Positions 1 to 11,980 of a stretch of 64,000 nt of DNA are shown piece after piece. Below the pieces are notes generated by a model. It had not been told where the DNA came from and made no database searches. It worked only from the letters and a program-made list of their open reading frames with translations. Location of the stretch: assembly GCF_036588685.1 (NCBI RefSeq), contig NC_086377.1:45694001-45758000 (forward strand), in the 5' to 3' direction. The stretch comes from Mytilus trossulus. Its lineage: Eukaryota. The translations under genes were made by a program, and so were the position numbers. How positions within the stretch are numbered: position 1 is the stretch's first letter; each line of letters begins with the position of its first letter.

Positions 1-109
1 TCAGCTACAAAAGGCCCTGATAAGACAGTGTAAAACAAGGTTATATATGACAACAAACATAAACATTAAGTTAATGTTACAAATTCAACTTTTTGTCATT
101 ACTTTGACT

Positions 110-460
110 TTAGTGGGAAAAACAAGACATAGCGATCCTACATTCTGTTGGTGGCGGCGGCGGCCACAAATATTCACTCTGTGGTTAAAGTTTTTGAAAT
201 TTTGATAACTTTCTTGAACTATACTGGATTTCTATTAAACTTGGACCGAAGCTTATTTATGTTCATAAGATAGTATCAAGAAGTAAATTTTGTAAAAATA
301 AAATTCCATTTTTTCCGAATTTACTTATAAATGGACTTATTTTTTTTCTACCAGGAAACATTACATTCACTCTGTGGTTAAAGTTTTTAAAATTTTAATA
401 ACTTTCTTAAACTATCCTGGAAATGTACCAAACTTGGACAGAAGCTTGTTTACTTTTCTG
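110..460. repeat. Helentron/HINE-like repeat fragment with ~190-bp internal tandem unit
   Basis: (ggc)n microsatellite followed by two diverged copies of cactctgtggttaaagttttt...aaacttggac.gaagctt at ~175 and ~367; family assignment is inference. Confidence 0.4.
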
Positions 461-921
461 CATATTTTGATCATGTTTACATCAGAGTATCAAGTGAAAT
501 GTGGCTTGATTAAATGCAATATCAATAGATTTATTAAATTTGTTGTTTTTCTTTAAAGTTTAAAAAAAAATAAGATATGAGATTCCTTGTATTGAATTTT
601 TTGTATGCATTGAGGTAAGAAAAACAATAAATTTAATAAATAAAAATGGAAATACATGTACATATGTAGGCAGGTCAATAAATGCTATAAATGACATTGC
701 TCTTTTAACAAACATTCTTTAAACAAAACAAAAAATGTTTGTCCCCAAATTTCTGTTTGTATGTATTGTTTTAAGACAATCTGTTAAAAAATATCCTAAG
801 CAGAAAAGAAAACAGTGCATTGTGAGCTTCTTGTTAGTGAAGGTCAATTAGCAATTAGATTGAAAATCAATATGCATTATTTTATATTTTAACCTGGGTT
901 TAAATCATTTCTATTTTACAG

Positions 922-1042
922 GTTGTCAGAGCACATTACATAAAGAATGCAGCCCTGTTTACAACATATGTGAATCACAATCAGGGATTCCTAAACGCCA
1001 ACCAAAGAGCGCTGTCAATAAGGAAACCATATCCATATAACG
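922..1042 (+). CDS. fasciclin (FAS1) domain protein, internal exon (gene starts upstream of window)
   Basis: ttttacag|GTT...AACG|gtatgt; reads VVRAHYIKNAALFTTYVNHNQGFLNANQRALSIRKPYPYN; phase joins next exon. Confidence 0.8.
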
Positions 1043-1729
1043 GTATGTAACATATAAGACTATAAAGCTTATCAGAAATAAAGGTTGTAACTGGTCATGG
1101 TGTTAACAGGCTAATGTAATACATGTCCAATGAATAGTTGTTTTATTTACAACCATACTACAGCTCCTTAACATATATTAACTCATTATAACATTTCCTT
1201 TACTTTGATTGTTTATGTTTGTATTGGAATATAAACAAAAGATTTGTTCATACTTTTGAAAAATGAAGTTAGACATGATATCTTCAAAAATATAATGAAA
1301 AGTTTAACATGTTGTGTAATATTTAGATATTTTGTATGAAATAAAACCCAGATTAATAAAAGTTCAATGTATTGTTTGATACAGTTTAATAAGGTTGCTT
1401 TTATAAAATGCTCTCAATAAATAAAAAATAATGTAAATAATACGAAGGAAAAATTTTCATAATATTATTTAATCAGAGTTATCTACCCTTATACGGAGAA
1501 AAAAATAAAATACTGTTTTTCTTAAGAAATATTTGATCAGAATCAATGATATAGAGGTACACAATAAAATGTTGGCATTTGAAGTTAGATAGTTTACTTC
1601 ATTTATATGGTTAGAATTTATAATCTGTTCCTTTTTAGGTTAAAACATGTTGCCTGAATCAATTTTCTTTTTCGCAATGGTTGTCTGTCATATGTAAATT
1701 CTATGTAAGTTTTACTTCATCTCTTTCAG

Positions 1730-1868
1730 TTTATGTCAACAGTGGTGGAGTCACGTCAGCGATTACATTGGGAAATATAACCGTCAACAATGGAGTCATC
1801 CATGTGTGTGATCGCTTGCTGGGTTTCATCTATAACACAGTACGACAGCAGATATCAGAAGACTCACC
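1730..1868 (+). CDS. FAS1 domain protein exon (H2 motif)
   Basis: ctttcag|...|gtaggt; VYVNSGGVTSAITLGNITVNNGVIHVCDRLL contains the FAS1 H2 motif NGVIHxxDxxL. Confidence 0.9.
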
Positions 1869-2353
1869 GTAGGTTTTGAATATTTTCTACTGAAAAAATC
1901 TACATTGTTTGTGTTAAGTACTTTTTGAGGATATCATGTTTTTTTAATAAACTATGAATTGAAATGAGTGCTCAAAACAGTGCAGTTTATATTGGCTTTT
2001 ATGCAGAATTTCTAAAAACCTTCAAAAATAGGTACTGTAACAAGGGAAGTTAACCAAACCACAGTATTTCGTGCATATTCACACAATGTATTTGTTTTTA
2101 GTTTAAACATTTTTTCGCGCCAACAGCAGGGCCAAAAAAAAGCAAAAGACAAACAACAAAAAACAAAGCACTTCACTCAAAACTTAATTTTGATGAATAA
2201 GAACCCTCAACTCAAACATAAGGTTAACTTTGATGCTCCCAAAGTGTAAGCAGCTCCTGCTCCACATGTGGCACCTGCAGTGTTGTGAACTAGGAATTTT
2301 AACTCTTTAACAAAATACAAAATTTCTATAAGCTCTTATGCTGAATTGGCTAA

Positions 2354-2539
2354 GGGCTATTCCAGAAAAAAATGTATGTGGGGCTGGAAGGCAGTTTTTG
2401 TCAGCACCCGTCACTCGGACAAATGTAATTGAGAATTATAGTGCATTAATTGTAGTGTGAAAAGTTGCTCTGATACCAATCACCCATGTATAATTAATTC
2501 CAACCCCACCCAAGTACATTTTATTTTCTGGAATAGCCC
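2354..2539. mobile_element. PIF/Harbinger-type (Tourist-like) MITE
   Basis: TIR gggctattccagaaaa / ttttctggaatagccc, flanked by TAA on both sides. Confidence 0.75.
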
Positions 2540-2624
2540 TAAAACCACAAAAACACAATTTTTCCTCAATTAACAAAAATCCCTCAGTATGTACTATTTT
2601 CTATCTTTTGGTTTCTATTTATAG

Positions 2625-2784
2625 ATTATTTGACCAGTTAATTAACAGAGCTTCAGAAGAGATAAGGAATACCCTTACTACACAGACTGGAGTTAATGTA
2701 TTTGCTCCTACAGCAGAGGCCTTTGAAAAAATCAAGAGAGTTCCCTGGGTGTCACTTAACTTTGATACAAAGCTGATTGACAAG
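2625..2784 (+). CDS. FAS1 domain protein exon (H1 motif)
   Basis: tttatag|...AAG|gtaggt; VNVFAPTAEAFEK matches FAS1 H1 (TxFAPTxxAF); phases consistent. Confidence 0.9.
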
Positions 2785-2932
2785 GTAGGTTAGGAGGTAA
2801 AACAAGAGAGTTCCCTGGGCGTCGCTTAACTTTAATACAAAGCTGATTGACAAGGTAGGTAAGGTAAAATCAAGAGAGTTCCCTGGGCGTCGCTTAACTT
2901 TAATACAAAGCTGATTGACAAGGTAGGTTAGG
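2727..2932 (+). repeat. three tandem copies (~68-72 bp) of the exon 3' end plus splice donor
   Basis: aagagagttccctgggyg...tgattgacaag|gtaggt occurs three times. Confidence 0.9.
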
Positions 2933-3077
2933 TATATACATTGTATAAGAAGATGTGGTATGAGTGCCAATCAGACATTTCTCCATTCAAGTCACAATTA
3001 TAGGAGGTCCAGGTACAGCCTTAAACACAGTCATGGCCCACTCTGAACAGCAAGCTATAAATGATCCCAAACCAAAA

Positions 3078-3287
3078 TACTGTAAATTCTGAAATTATTG
3101 CATGCATTTATTATTGCAAATTTGTCATTTTTTACATAATTGCGATTTTAATTTTTATGATTGTGAGAAAAATCCTGTTTAATTTGTACAAAATATTTCA
3201 AAATACAAGTTTAAATTATTGTGTTTACAACTCTGTCACATTTTTCGCAATAATAAAAACCTCGCATTAATTTCTTAAATTACAGTA
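3078..3287. mobile_element. Tc1/mariner-type MITE
   Basis: termini tactgtaaatt / aattacagta with terminal TA. Confidence 0.5.
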
Positions 3288-3514
3288 GTGTAAAACAATT
3301 CAAACATGAAAACGAATGTTCTAATCTATATAAAAACAAAACATTTATGAATCAACAACCAACAATCAACAACCATTGAACAACATGCTTCTGACTTCAT
3401 AGGATATAGGCATAAAAATGCAAATGGTTTAAAAATGTTAACAGGCACAAATTAGCCTTCACCCTTACCTGAGACAGTTTATCGGTAATTCATATATTTT
3501 CCCTTTGATCTTAC

Positions 3515-3814
3515 TGCCTAATATTTTCGAGTATCTATGTACTGGCTGTATCACTGAAAATATTAGGCAATACATAGTGTGACGTCATAATTACCTATAA
3601 ACATAGTGGACGTCATAGTTACCGATAAACATAGTGGACGTCATAATTACCGATAAACATAGTGGACGTCATAATAACCGATAAACAGAATAATAGGTAG
3701 TTTCGTTTTTGATACTGACTATATCATGTGGAATATCTAAACTGGCCCTAACGGGCTCGTCTAGATATTCCACATGATATAGTCTGTATCAAAAACGAAA
3801 CTACCTATTATTCT
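3515..3814. repeat. palindrome-rich element: 14-bp IR, four ~28-bp tandem units, and ~53-bp-arm hairpin
   Basis: tgcctaatattttc/gaaaatattaggca; acatagtggacgtcataattaccgataa x4; long inverted repeat 3687-3814. Confidence 0.8.
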
Positions 3815-3920
3815 ATATATATCATTACAACATAAAAAGACACACTATAAAATATAAGATCAGATTTCTCTTGTCCCAGGGTAAACTTTGTATACAGGTT
3901 TCAATGTATTGTTTTGGAGG

Positions 3921-4168
3921 TTAAGGTGGTACCCAACACCTTAACTAAAATTAATTTGGCTCGTTTAATTTTCTTTAAAAATAGAAAAAAATTTAAAAAA
4001 ACTTGAACCAACCGATTAATCAGAAAAATTACACTGGTTATATAGCAGTTTGACAAACACTTATTTTGATCATTGAGAAGCGTAATATTCCCTTAATAAT
4101 ACAATGTCATTTAAACATTCTGCTGATTTTATAGAGTTATCTCCCTGTAGTGTTAGGTACCACCTTAA
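3921..4168. mobile_element. TTAA-flanked MITE (Kolobok-like)
   Basis: TTAA-ggtggtacccaacac ... gtgttaggtaccacc-TTAA; second copy at 13537-13813. Confidence 0.8.
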
Positions 4169-4195
4169 TTTATATTTTTATCATATCTGTTTTAG

Positions 4196-4337
4196 GTGTT
4201 GAAGCTCCACATTTTACAGCCAGGTCAACAGGTACAGGTGTCAAACATGGTTGGAGAATACGAAAGTAGACAGTTCAGAACTAGTCTATATATAGAAGGA
4301 ACAAATCCAAAGATAACTATTTATAGACAGAGGAATG
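4196..4337 (+). CDS. FAS1 domain protein exon
   Basis: ttttag|GTG...AATG|gtaggt; VLKLHILQPG resembles the FAS1 central L..H motif; phase 0 in, phase 1 out. Confidence 0.85.
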
Positions 4338-4641
4338 GTAGGTTTAACACAATTGTGACATATTATTACTTTTTAAGGTGAGGGAAATAATGTCTGAAAT
4401 TTCAAGGTAATTTTTAAGAGTTTAAAACAATACCTCTAGATTTTGAAGATCTAATAGTTTCTTTTAATATCCACAAACTCTTTCATCAGGAGTCAATGTT
4501 ATTTTTTTTTAAATATTCATCAAAAAGAATATTTGAAACGTTTGTCATGAATATCAGTGTAAAATTATAGAAAATTTAAACTACAAAATATTCATCTTCA
4601 ACACATATACATTTTTCACCTTTTGACCCTGTCTTTTTCAG

Positions 4642-4789
4642 AAACGTGGGTTCAAGGTGACACAGTGATAGCCAAGGTTACACAGGCTGATATAGAGTGT
4701 ACCAATGGCAGGATACAGTTCATAGATACAATAATGGGTGTACCTTACCTTGACCTGGCTAACCTTATATGTAGTGATCTCTGGTTGTT
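4642..4789 (+). CDS. FAS1 domain protein exon (H2 motif)
   Basis: tttttcag|...|gtaagt; ETWVQGDTVIAKVTQADIECTNGRIQFIDTIMGVP is a FAS1 H2 variant. Confidence 0.9.
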
Positions 4790-5477
4790 GTAAGTAATTA
4801 AATTGAATAGATTGATGAATTAAGATTAAACAGATTTTGCATTTTGAGGATGATTATAGCACCAACAACAAAATTGTAATGAGAACAGATGTTTCAAGTG
4901 TAGTCTGCACATTACGTGTTTATTGAATATTAAAATAAGGAGATGAGGTATGATTGCCAATGAGACTACTACCAAAGTTCAAATAAAGTAGATGTTAGCA
5001 ATTATAGGTATCCATATAAAGACTTATACATAACATAATACGTATAGATATACAAGTCTTCAATAACAAAGAGGAATCAATACAATTATGTTATACCTTA
5101 AATTATATAGCAATTATTTGATTGGCTAATAGGAAATCATGTTTCATAGTTTTATTTCGATGTTTTTCGGATATCAATTTTTGTGGATTCAATAGAAAAG
5201 GTAAACCACAATTTTAAATGTTTAATAAGGTACATATTTTCTTTAGGCTTCTATTCACAATTTGGGCAAAATCACGAAATCACAGATTTATGAAAATACA
5301 ATTTATCCTCAATCAACAGAAATTGGAATCCACGAAAAATATTTGAATTGGAAGTCTTTTTTGTTTGACAGAATCAAATCAAAAATAATTCTCTTTACAT
5401 CATCTTCTTTTTAGCACTCACTGAGTTATTTTGTTAGCTTGTAGTATGGTGATATGCTGTATATTTGTCTTATTTAG

Positions 5478-5790
5478 GAGGACATATGATTACATGAGAG
5501 CCCTTGGTATGAAAAACTACTTGACTGATAGAAGATTCTATAGTCAGAAGTGTACATTTGAGTCACAAGGTTATCCACCAAATTATGGTATCAACAATTA
5601 TTTCAACAAAGTGGGACTGGCAACCATTCCACCGTGGACACAGGATCCACCTTGGGACATGGGCTACTGTGGAACAGCAACGACACCATGTCAACTGACA
5701 TTCTTTGCTCCAAACTCCACAGCTATAGATTATTTCTCAAATACAAACTATGGTGAAAAGATCATGAAAAATGCTTATGCTTTTCAAAGG
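5478..5790 (+). CDS. FAS1 domain protein exon (insert + H1 motif)
   Basis: tatttag|G AGG ACA...CAAAGG|gtatgg; contains LTFFAPNSTAI (H1). Confidence 0.85.
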
Positions 5791-8193
5791 GTATGGTTGA
5801 AATTTGTTTACAACTTTACTGTCAATTTAGAAAAATTAGGCATTGGTTTATTAGTGGGAATCTCTCCAATGTATGGTAATTTGATGTAAAAGATTGTCTG
5901 TAGAAAAACTTTAAAACAAGTTGCTTTCTTTAAAAAAAGAAAAGCAATACATGAACCTAAGACCGCTGACTGCCGGGTCATCAATGATCGTTGCTGAATT
6001 TGTGTTTACTTTTGAATTGAAATAATTGAATGTGAATAGAAGAAGCCAGTTGAAAGTTTATATTTACAGCTTCTATTTGAATAGTTATTTTAAAGCTCGA
6101 CTATTTTATTTATAATGTTCATAATTTTCCCGATTATAACCCTTTGACAAATCCTAATTTCTACTAACCAGATGACTTATGCAAATTTCACAAACCTATC
6201 GCAATATAAATTTATGCACTCAGTTTGTTTTATAATCTGGAATTGTGGATGCATTCATTTTATCTATCATATCTTTATATTTTGTTTCTTATTGAATGCC
6301 TATAAAATTCTCAACTCGTATTCGAAGCTGTCTTTACTCATGGCAGAAATTGTATGCGGTGAAACCTGTGGCATGCAATTGACTGGGACCTCGTATGAAG
6401 AGACTTATTTTGGTCTCATAAAACATCTCAAGGATTTCCTAACTTTTCTTAAATCAATTTAAACATTCTACAGGGAAACTCAGTTTTGCCGAAGAATTTC
6501 TTCATTCAGAAGTTTATGAATACACTTTCAAAATAACCAATTTGTATAAAAAGTTACGTAGATATAAAAAAGTACCAGAATTAAAATGATGTATGCCAGA
6601 CACGAGTTAAGTCTACAAAAAAACATCATTGACGATCGAATGAAAAAAGTTAAAAGGCTAAATATATTAAAAAGTTCAGAAATCTATTCTTAGCTTTTTG
6701 TAAAGGTCAAAGTTTATAATAGGACAGTAACTCAAAAAAGAAACAAAAGAGAAACAACTCGAGATCAGAATACCATTAGTAATGATGACCGTGCTTGAAA
6801 GTCACATGTAAAACTCTTTCTGCCGTGTCCTGAATTTAAATAACAAAAACGAAAATAAGTTTTCACGAGTGAATTGAATGGTATTGCATGCAAATAATCT
6901 TTTAGCGCACGAAATAGTAAATAGAAAGCATCTCACTGATACTCAGGAAAAGAATACGCATTTGTGTCATCACATATTTTCGAATTCGAATGTCAAACGG
7001 CCTACATTAAATGTTTCGACTCCGGATTCATTGACATTTTATCCGGATTTTTTTTAGAACGCAAACCGATAGTGTGCTTTTGAAATGTGATCTATAATGT
7101 GAATGAATACGTGTAGGATAGTTGGTCAACACAATGAATACAAATTTTAGAACCGTTCCATAGTACAAATATGTAGATGCTAAAAGGTTAAACTATTAAA
7201 ACATACGAACAAAAATTGAATTAAAATTTTATAATAAACTAACATTCCTGTTAGTATTTTTTCAAATTCTTTTGAATGTATATAATATCTATGAACACGA
7301 ACGTCAAGTATTTACGGATGGACATTTTATTTATCGATTTTTTAAATTCTTACATTCCACTATGTGAATATATTACTATACAAAATATAAGCAAAGACTT
7401 CTAAATCCATACTTAAACAGTATAAAATAATCAACATTATGGTTGTAATTAAATTTTGTTGTGATTATTGTAAACTATTTTTACGGTTGTTGTGAGCTGC
7501 AAGGATTTAAAATCATGCTTTATGAATTGAAAACACACAAGTATTTTATTCACGACCGTTTAAAATAAAAAAAATAATAAATTTATCTTACTTTCCGTTT
7601 AGTGGATATATTACAATACAAAAATATAGATAATAAATAAAAAACCTAAAAACTAAAATGGTATGTAATAATTAACGTAGAAATATAATGATTATTGTTT
7701 ATAATCAATTTTTTTGTAGGATGTAAGAATCTATTTAAATTCAATTTTTTTGTTTCCTTTACAAATGAATATTCAAAAATGCCAAAGCAGAGTATCTCGT
7801 CATATATAAAATACTTCATTTCTTAATTGCAGCTGTGAAAATATTCTGATTTCAATCATTGTTAGTTTCTAAAAGAAAACATAAATACAGTATGTAATTT
7901 GTATATATATTTCTTTGATACTGATTGAATTAAATACTTTTGATAAGAATATTATCTTTCTGTTTTCCGATCTAATATTAATATTTTAACCAGAATGTTC
8001 TCTCCTGTAAGGCTTTGATGAAATACACAGTGATTCCCGTGGTTAAATCTTCAAACATAATTAGTTTACATGTTATCAAGACAACAGACAATACAACGTT
8101 GTAATTGACCCAGATACAAACGGTGTACAGTGGTCGTTTTAAAACAAATATAATTGCGTCGTCAAGGGCCATCAAATGACCATATCAAAGACG

Positions 8194-8817
8194 TAACGTA
8201 AGGGTACCCAAATTGCACCGAGTACCCAAATTGCACCTATTTAGAAAAAAATAGCAATAAAAATCTTACAAGATTTCCTAGAGACTAAACAAGTTGTATT
8301 TTTTTATGATTTGATACTATGCCCGTCTTTCAACATAGGTAAACATATTTAGTTATACACAAAACGTTCACAGTATTTATCAACAGATGGACTGTTTACT
8401 GAAAAAAACAAAATGTATGAAAACGTCACCATGCGACTTCATCAAAACGTCATCTTTTTAAAATTGGCAAATACAATATATTATAAGTATCCATTTCGTA
8501 AAATATGAATAGTAAGCATGGAAAAATATCCAATTGTTCAAAATATTTGAAAAAATTAAACAAAAGCTCGGTTATTAGACTTTTGATGATGTAAATTTAA
8601 GCATGGATGCAATTACAGAATCATGGATAGTTTGGAGGTTGATTCAAACCCATTTTTTATTGACTCAATATGGACTAAAAATTAAATTGGTGTACCTATA
8701 TGACAAAGAAGGATAGGGCTACAAAATAAACACAGTATGGACATTTTTTTCCTGATCATAAAAAAACGTAGGTGAAAAAACTGTCAAAATAGGTGCAATT
8801 TGGGTACCGTCACGTTA
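8194..8817. mobile_element. non-autonomous TIR element (MITE)
   Basis: TIR taacgtaagggtacccaaattgcacc / ggtgcaatttgggtaccgtcacgtta with a duplicated subterminal gtacccaaattgcacc. Confidence 0.7.
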
Positions 8818-9136
8818 GATAACAACCTGTATAAATTACCGATAACTTTCGAGACGTTCCGAGAATTTTATTCTGACTTCCGGCCGAGAGATATCGAGTG
8901 GCCCATAGACACATCCAAAACTCACCAATATATAAGCATGAACCCCCAAAAAAAAGAATAAAAATATTTGAAGCTACCCAGTAATCTTCAAGTTTTCTGC
9001 TGGTTTCTCTATCAAAGTATGATTTTTTCAAGGTGCAGGGATATAGGTTAGTGAGCTTCACTTGCAGTATTTATACTAGTTTTAAAAAAAATAAAAGGAG
9101 AAAATAAATGATTAACCACACCTCTATATTCAAAGT

Positions 9137-9395
9137 GGAGGCTTTGTGGCCATTACTTGGTCCAAGTAGTTCTACAACTGATATCACTAGCCAATTGATA
9201 CTGGGTTTGTGAGTTTGAACCCCGCTTGTGTGGGTGCATTGACTCTCAATATTAATTGACTAGGATTGTCAGTTTTTCTATCGATGGTCTCTGGTTTTCT
9301 CCTGGCACTCCTGCTTCTTCCACCCATAAAAAGTGACCGCCACATAATAGACAAAATGAGGGGCTTACAGTGGCATTAAAACAACAATCAATCAA
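9137..9395 (+). mobile_element. degenerate tRNA-derived SINE, V-domain-like
   Basis: A/B-box-like head (gtggcc...ttggt; gagtttgaacccc), ggttttctcctggcactcctgcttcttccacc core, (caat)n tail. Confidence 0.55.
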
Positions 9396-9432
9396 TATGT
9401 ATTTCTATAAAGATTGTATCTTTTTTTTTTAG

Positions 9433-9550
9433 ATATTAACAAGACTGATGTTTCGACAAAAGATAGAATTAGAGACGCTAGCAAATACCAACTATAATTA
9501 CTATAATATACATGGTGAATCAATTCGTATCTCAAAATCTAATGATAGAT
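9433..9550 (+). CDS. FAS1 domain protein exon
   Basis: poly-T ag|ATA TTA ACA...AGAT|gtaagt; ILTRLMFRQKIELETLANTNYNYYNIHGESIRISKSNDR; phase 0 in, phase 1 out fits neighbours. Confidence 0.8.
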
Positions 9551-9635
9551 GTAAGTAGAAAGTATAGATAAGGGCCTGGATGGGGTCCCATCATTTCTGA
9601 ATTTAATGTTATTTTCAATAATGATTTCCCCATTA

Positions 9636-11352
9636 GGCCACTTTTTTTTTATTAGTTGGTTTACGGATCCGCCGACCCTGTTTTTCACGATTTTGAAATA
9701 AAAATAAAAACGATTTTGAAGATTTTTTTTAATTCCACCGACCTTTTTCTGTTTGAAGAAGTACAAATAAAAATAAAAACATGATTAAAAAAGATCGGTT
9801 TTTCTCTTCCAGTCGGAATACCCTCTGAGTGAATTCGGAAATCCTGTGCGTTTCCCTGTTCAGTCAACGTTTCATGATGATCTAATGTGGTGAAAAGGAA
9901 CCAGTTGAAAGGCGGTTCCCTGTTCAGTCAAGGTTTCATCGTGATTTAATGCGGTGAAAAGGAACCAGTTGAAAATGGAGGCAACTTCCAAGCAAGGACC
10001 GAAGCTCATAAACTCGGCAATCAATGTTACTTACACCCAGGACTTCGGGAAAGTTCGGAGAGCCAACAACCTTGCTTCAGAAGTTGAAATGGAGGACCAG
10101 ATACCATTTTAATATTGTTGCCTTGGAGATTTTCGGTGTAAATCTAACGGTTGAACAAAATAAACATCGCAGTCATGAATAATAAAAATGAAAATTATTT
10201 TTGAGATGGTTTGGGAAGTTTGGTTTAAAAGGTCGAACAACCGCTAACTTGAAACCCTGTTTTAGACAGTCAGGGAGGTTGATGGCGGGTAAACTTTGGT
10301 TCAAGTGTTGATCAGAAAGTCTGAAACCTGTCGAAAGGGGTTGTTTTAGTTTCTTGAGGATTGAGCTCCATTTGTCATTACATATATGAGGTATTAGTCC
10401 AAATAATTATGACGTCTGGCAAGGCTTTCTGGCATCCAAGATTTGTTACAAATAGCCTTGCCAGACGTCACTTAAGTGAAGAATCTTTTAACTTGCTGCC
10501 AGGGATGGGTGTCCTATAAAATTGGCCTTATTATAAAAATACCTAAATACCATCCCACCGTACCCATTAAGATTTAATGGAACAGAGATGGGATATGGTG
10601 AACAAGATCCCAACACAAAATCAGAACATGTATTACTGTAATAGAATGCCTGACAATTAAAATCACTTCGACATTTATAAAAAGGGACAATCACAGAACA
10701 CTTCGAGATGTAAGCTAATACTTTATTAATAGCAGTGTAAAATAACATAAAAAGCCTAAGAAGGACATGTTTTCATGTACCACATATGAAGGCATATGAC
10801 ATGCAGAGCGCATATGGTATTTCCTCAATAAGATTGTATTTTGTTATGAGGAATTTTGTCACTCCCTGATCTAAATTTGATAAATAAATACACAGAACAA
10901 AGAGAAATGCAATTGGTAAAGACACTTCCCTTTCATCAGGGACATGCTTTCATCAATCTACATTGACATTGGACTCCTTGTAACACTTTAAATTTAAATT
11001 AAAACAGCAAGAATCATGATACCAAATTACGAAACGATCTGCATACATGTTTAGTACAAAATGCATAACTCTATCATATCTATCTATCTATCTTCCCGTC
11101 AAGGAGTGGACTCATTTTTGAGTGTATATACTCCAGCGATTATATTACTATTATATAGAGTAATGTCATTGTTTGTTTCTCTCCATTTTTGGTTAAAAAA
11201 AACAGTATTAATTCCAATTTTTATTTTTATTTATTTTTCGACCTCCTACCCTAAATTTTTTCATTGTTTTTATTTTTATTTTTTTTTTCGACCTCCTACC
11301 CTTCCTTTTTTAAGAAGAATCCCATAAACCAACTAATAAAAAAAAAGTGGCC
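9636..11352. mobile_element. 1.7-kb non-autonomous PIF/Harbinger-like DNA transposon in intron
   Basis: TIR ggccac(t)nattagttggttta / taaaccaactaat(a)ngtggcc; TTA on both sides; subterminal cgacc motifs; no transposase ORF. Confidence 0.75.
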
Positions 11353-11756
11353 TTACTCTGTAAACTTTTAGTTAGTAGGCACACCATTTTTCTCAAATCT
11401 TTATTTTGTTGCCTATTTATTTATTTCTTTTAATTTGGGTTATTTCTGTGTGGATATCTGATTTCCCCCCTCTCTCAGAAAATTTACTAAAATGGAATTT
11501 TATGTATCCTTTTGTATAGCTCTGCTACATGTTGCTAAGTAAACTCAATTGTGTGACAGTATAATTTACATTTTATGAAAGCTAAGCTAGAAATACATTA
11601 AAGTTATTTTCCAAGTTTACACCATAGCTGTGCATATTATGACCATAAAAAATCCTATTACAAAAGTCCCTCCCAGAATACTATTAACTATGATATAGAA
11701 TTCTGAATTCTGAAAATTCGGAAATTTTGTTAGTAATATTGCTTTATATTTTTCAG

Positions 11757-11965
11757 TTGTTACCCTGTATTACCAGGCAGCAGCAGCTAGAGTGATCCAC
11801 ATGGACAACGGTGCTACTAATGGCATCGTCCATATTATAGACACTATACTGTATGTACCAGACGACCTCAGTCTACTGTCCTCTGGGGCTACCCATGTTT
11901 ACTACAGTCCAATTATGTTACTTGTTCTACTGTTTTTATGGACGACATTCCATTTCAGAAGATAG
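11757..11965 (+). CDS. FAS1 domain protein terminal coding exon with predicted GPI-anchor signal
   Basis: tttcag|; ARVIHMDNGATNGIVHIIDTILYVP (H2), then SSG and hydrophobic tail YYSPIMLLVLLFLWTTFHFRR, stop TAG at 11963-11965. Confidence 0.9.
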
Positions 11966-11980
11966 TTGTATTTGATGCTG

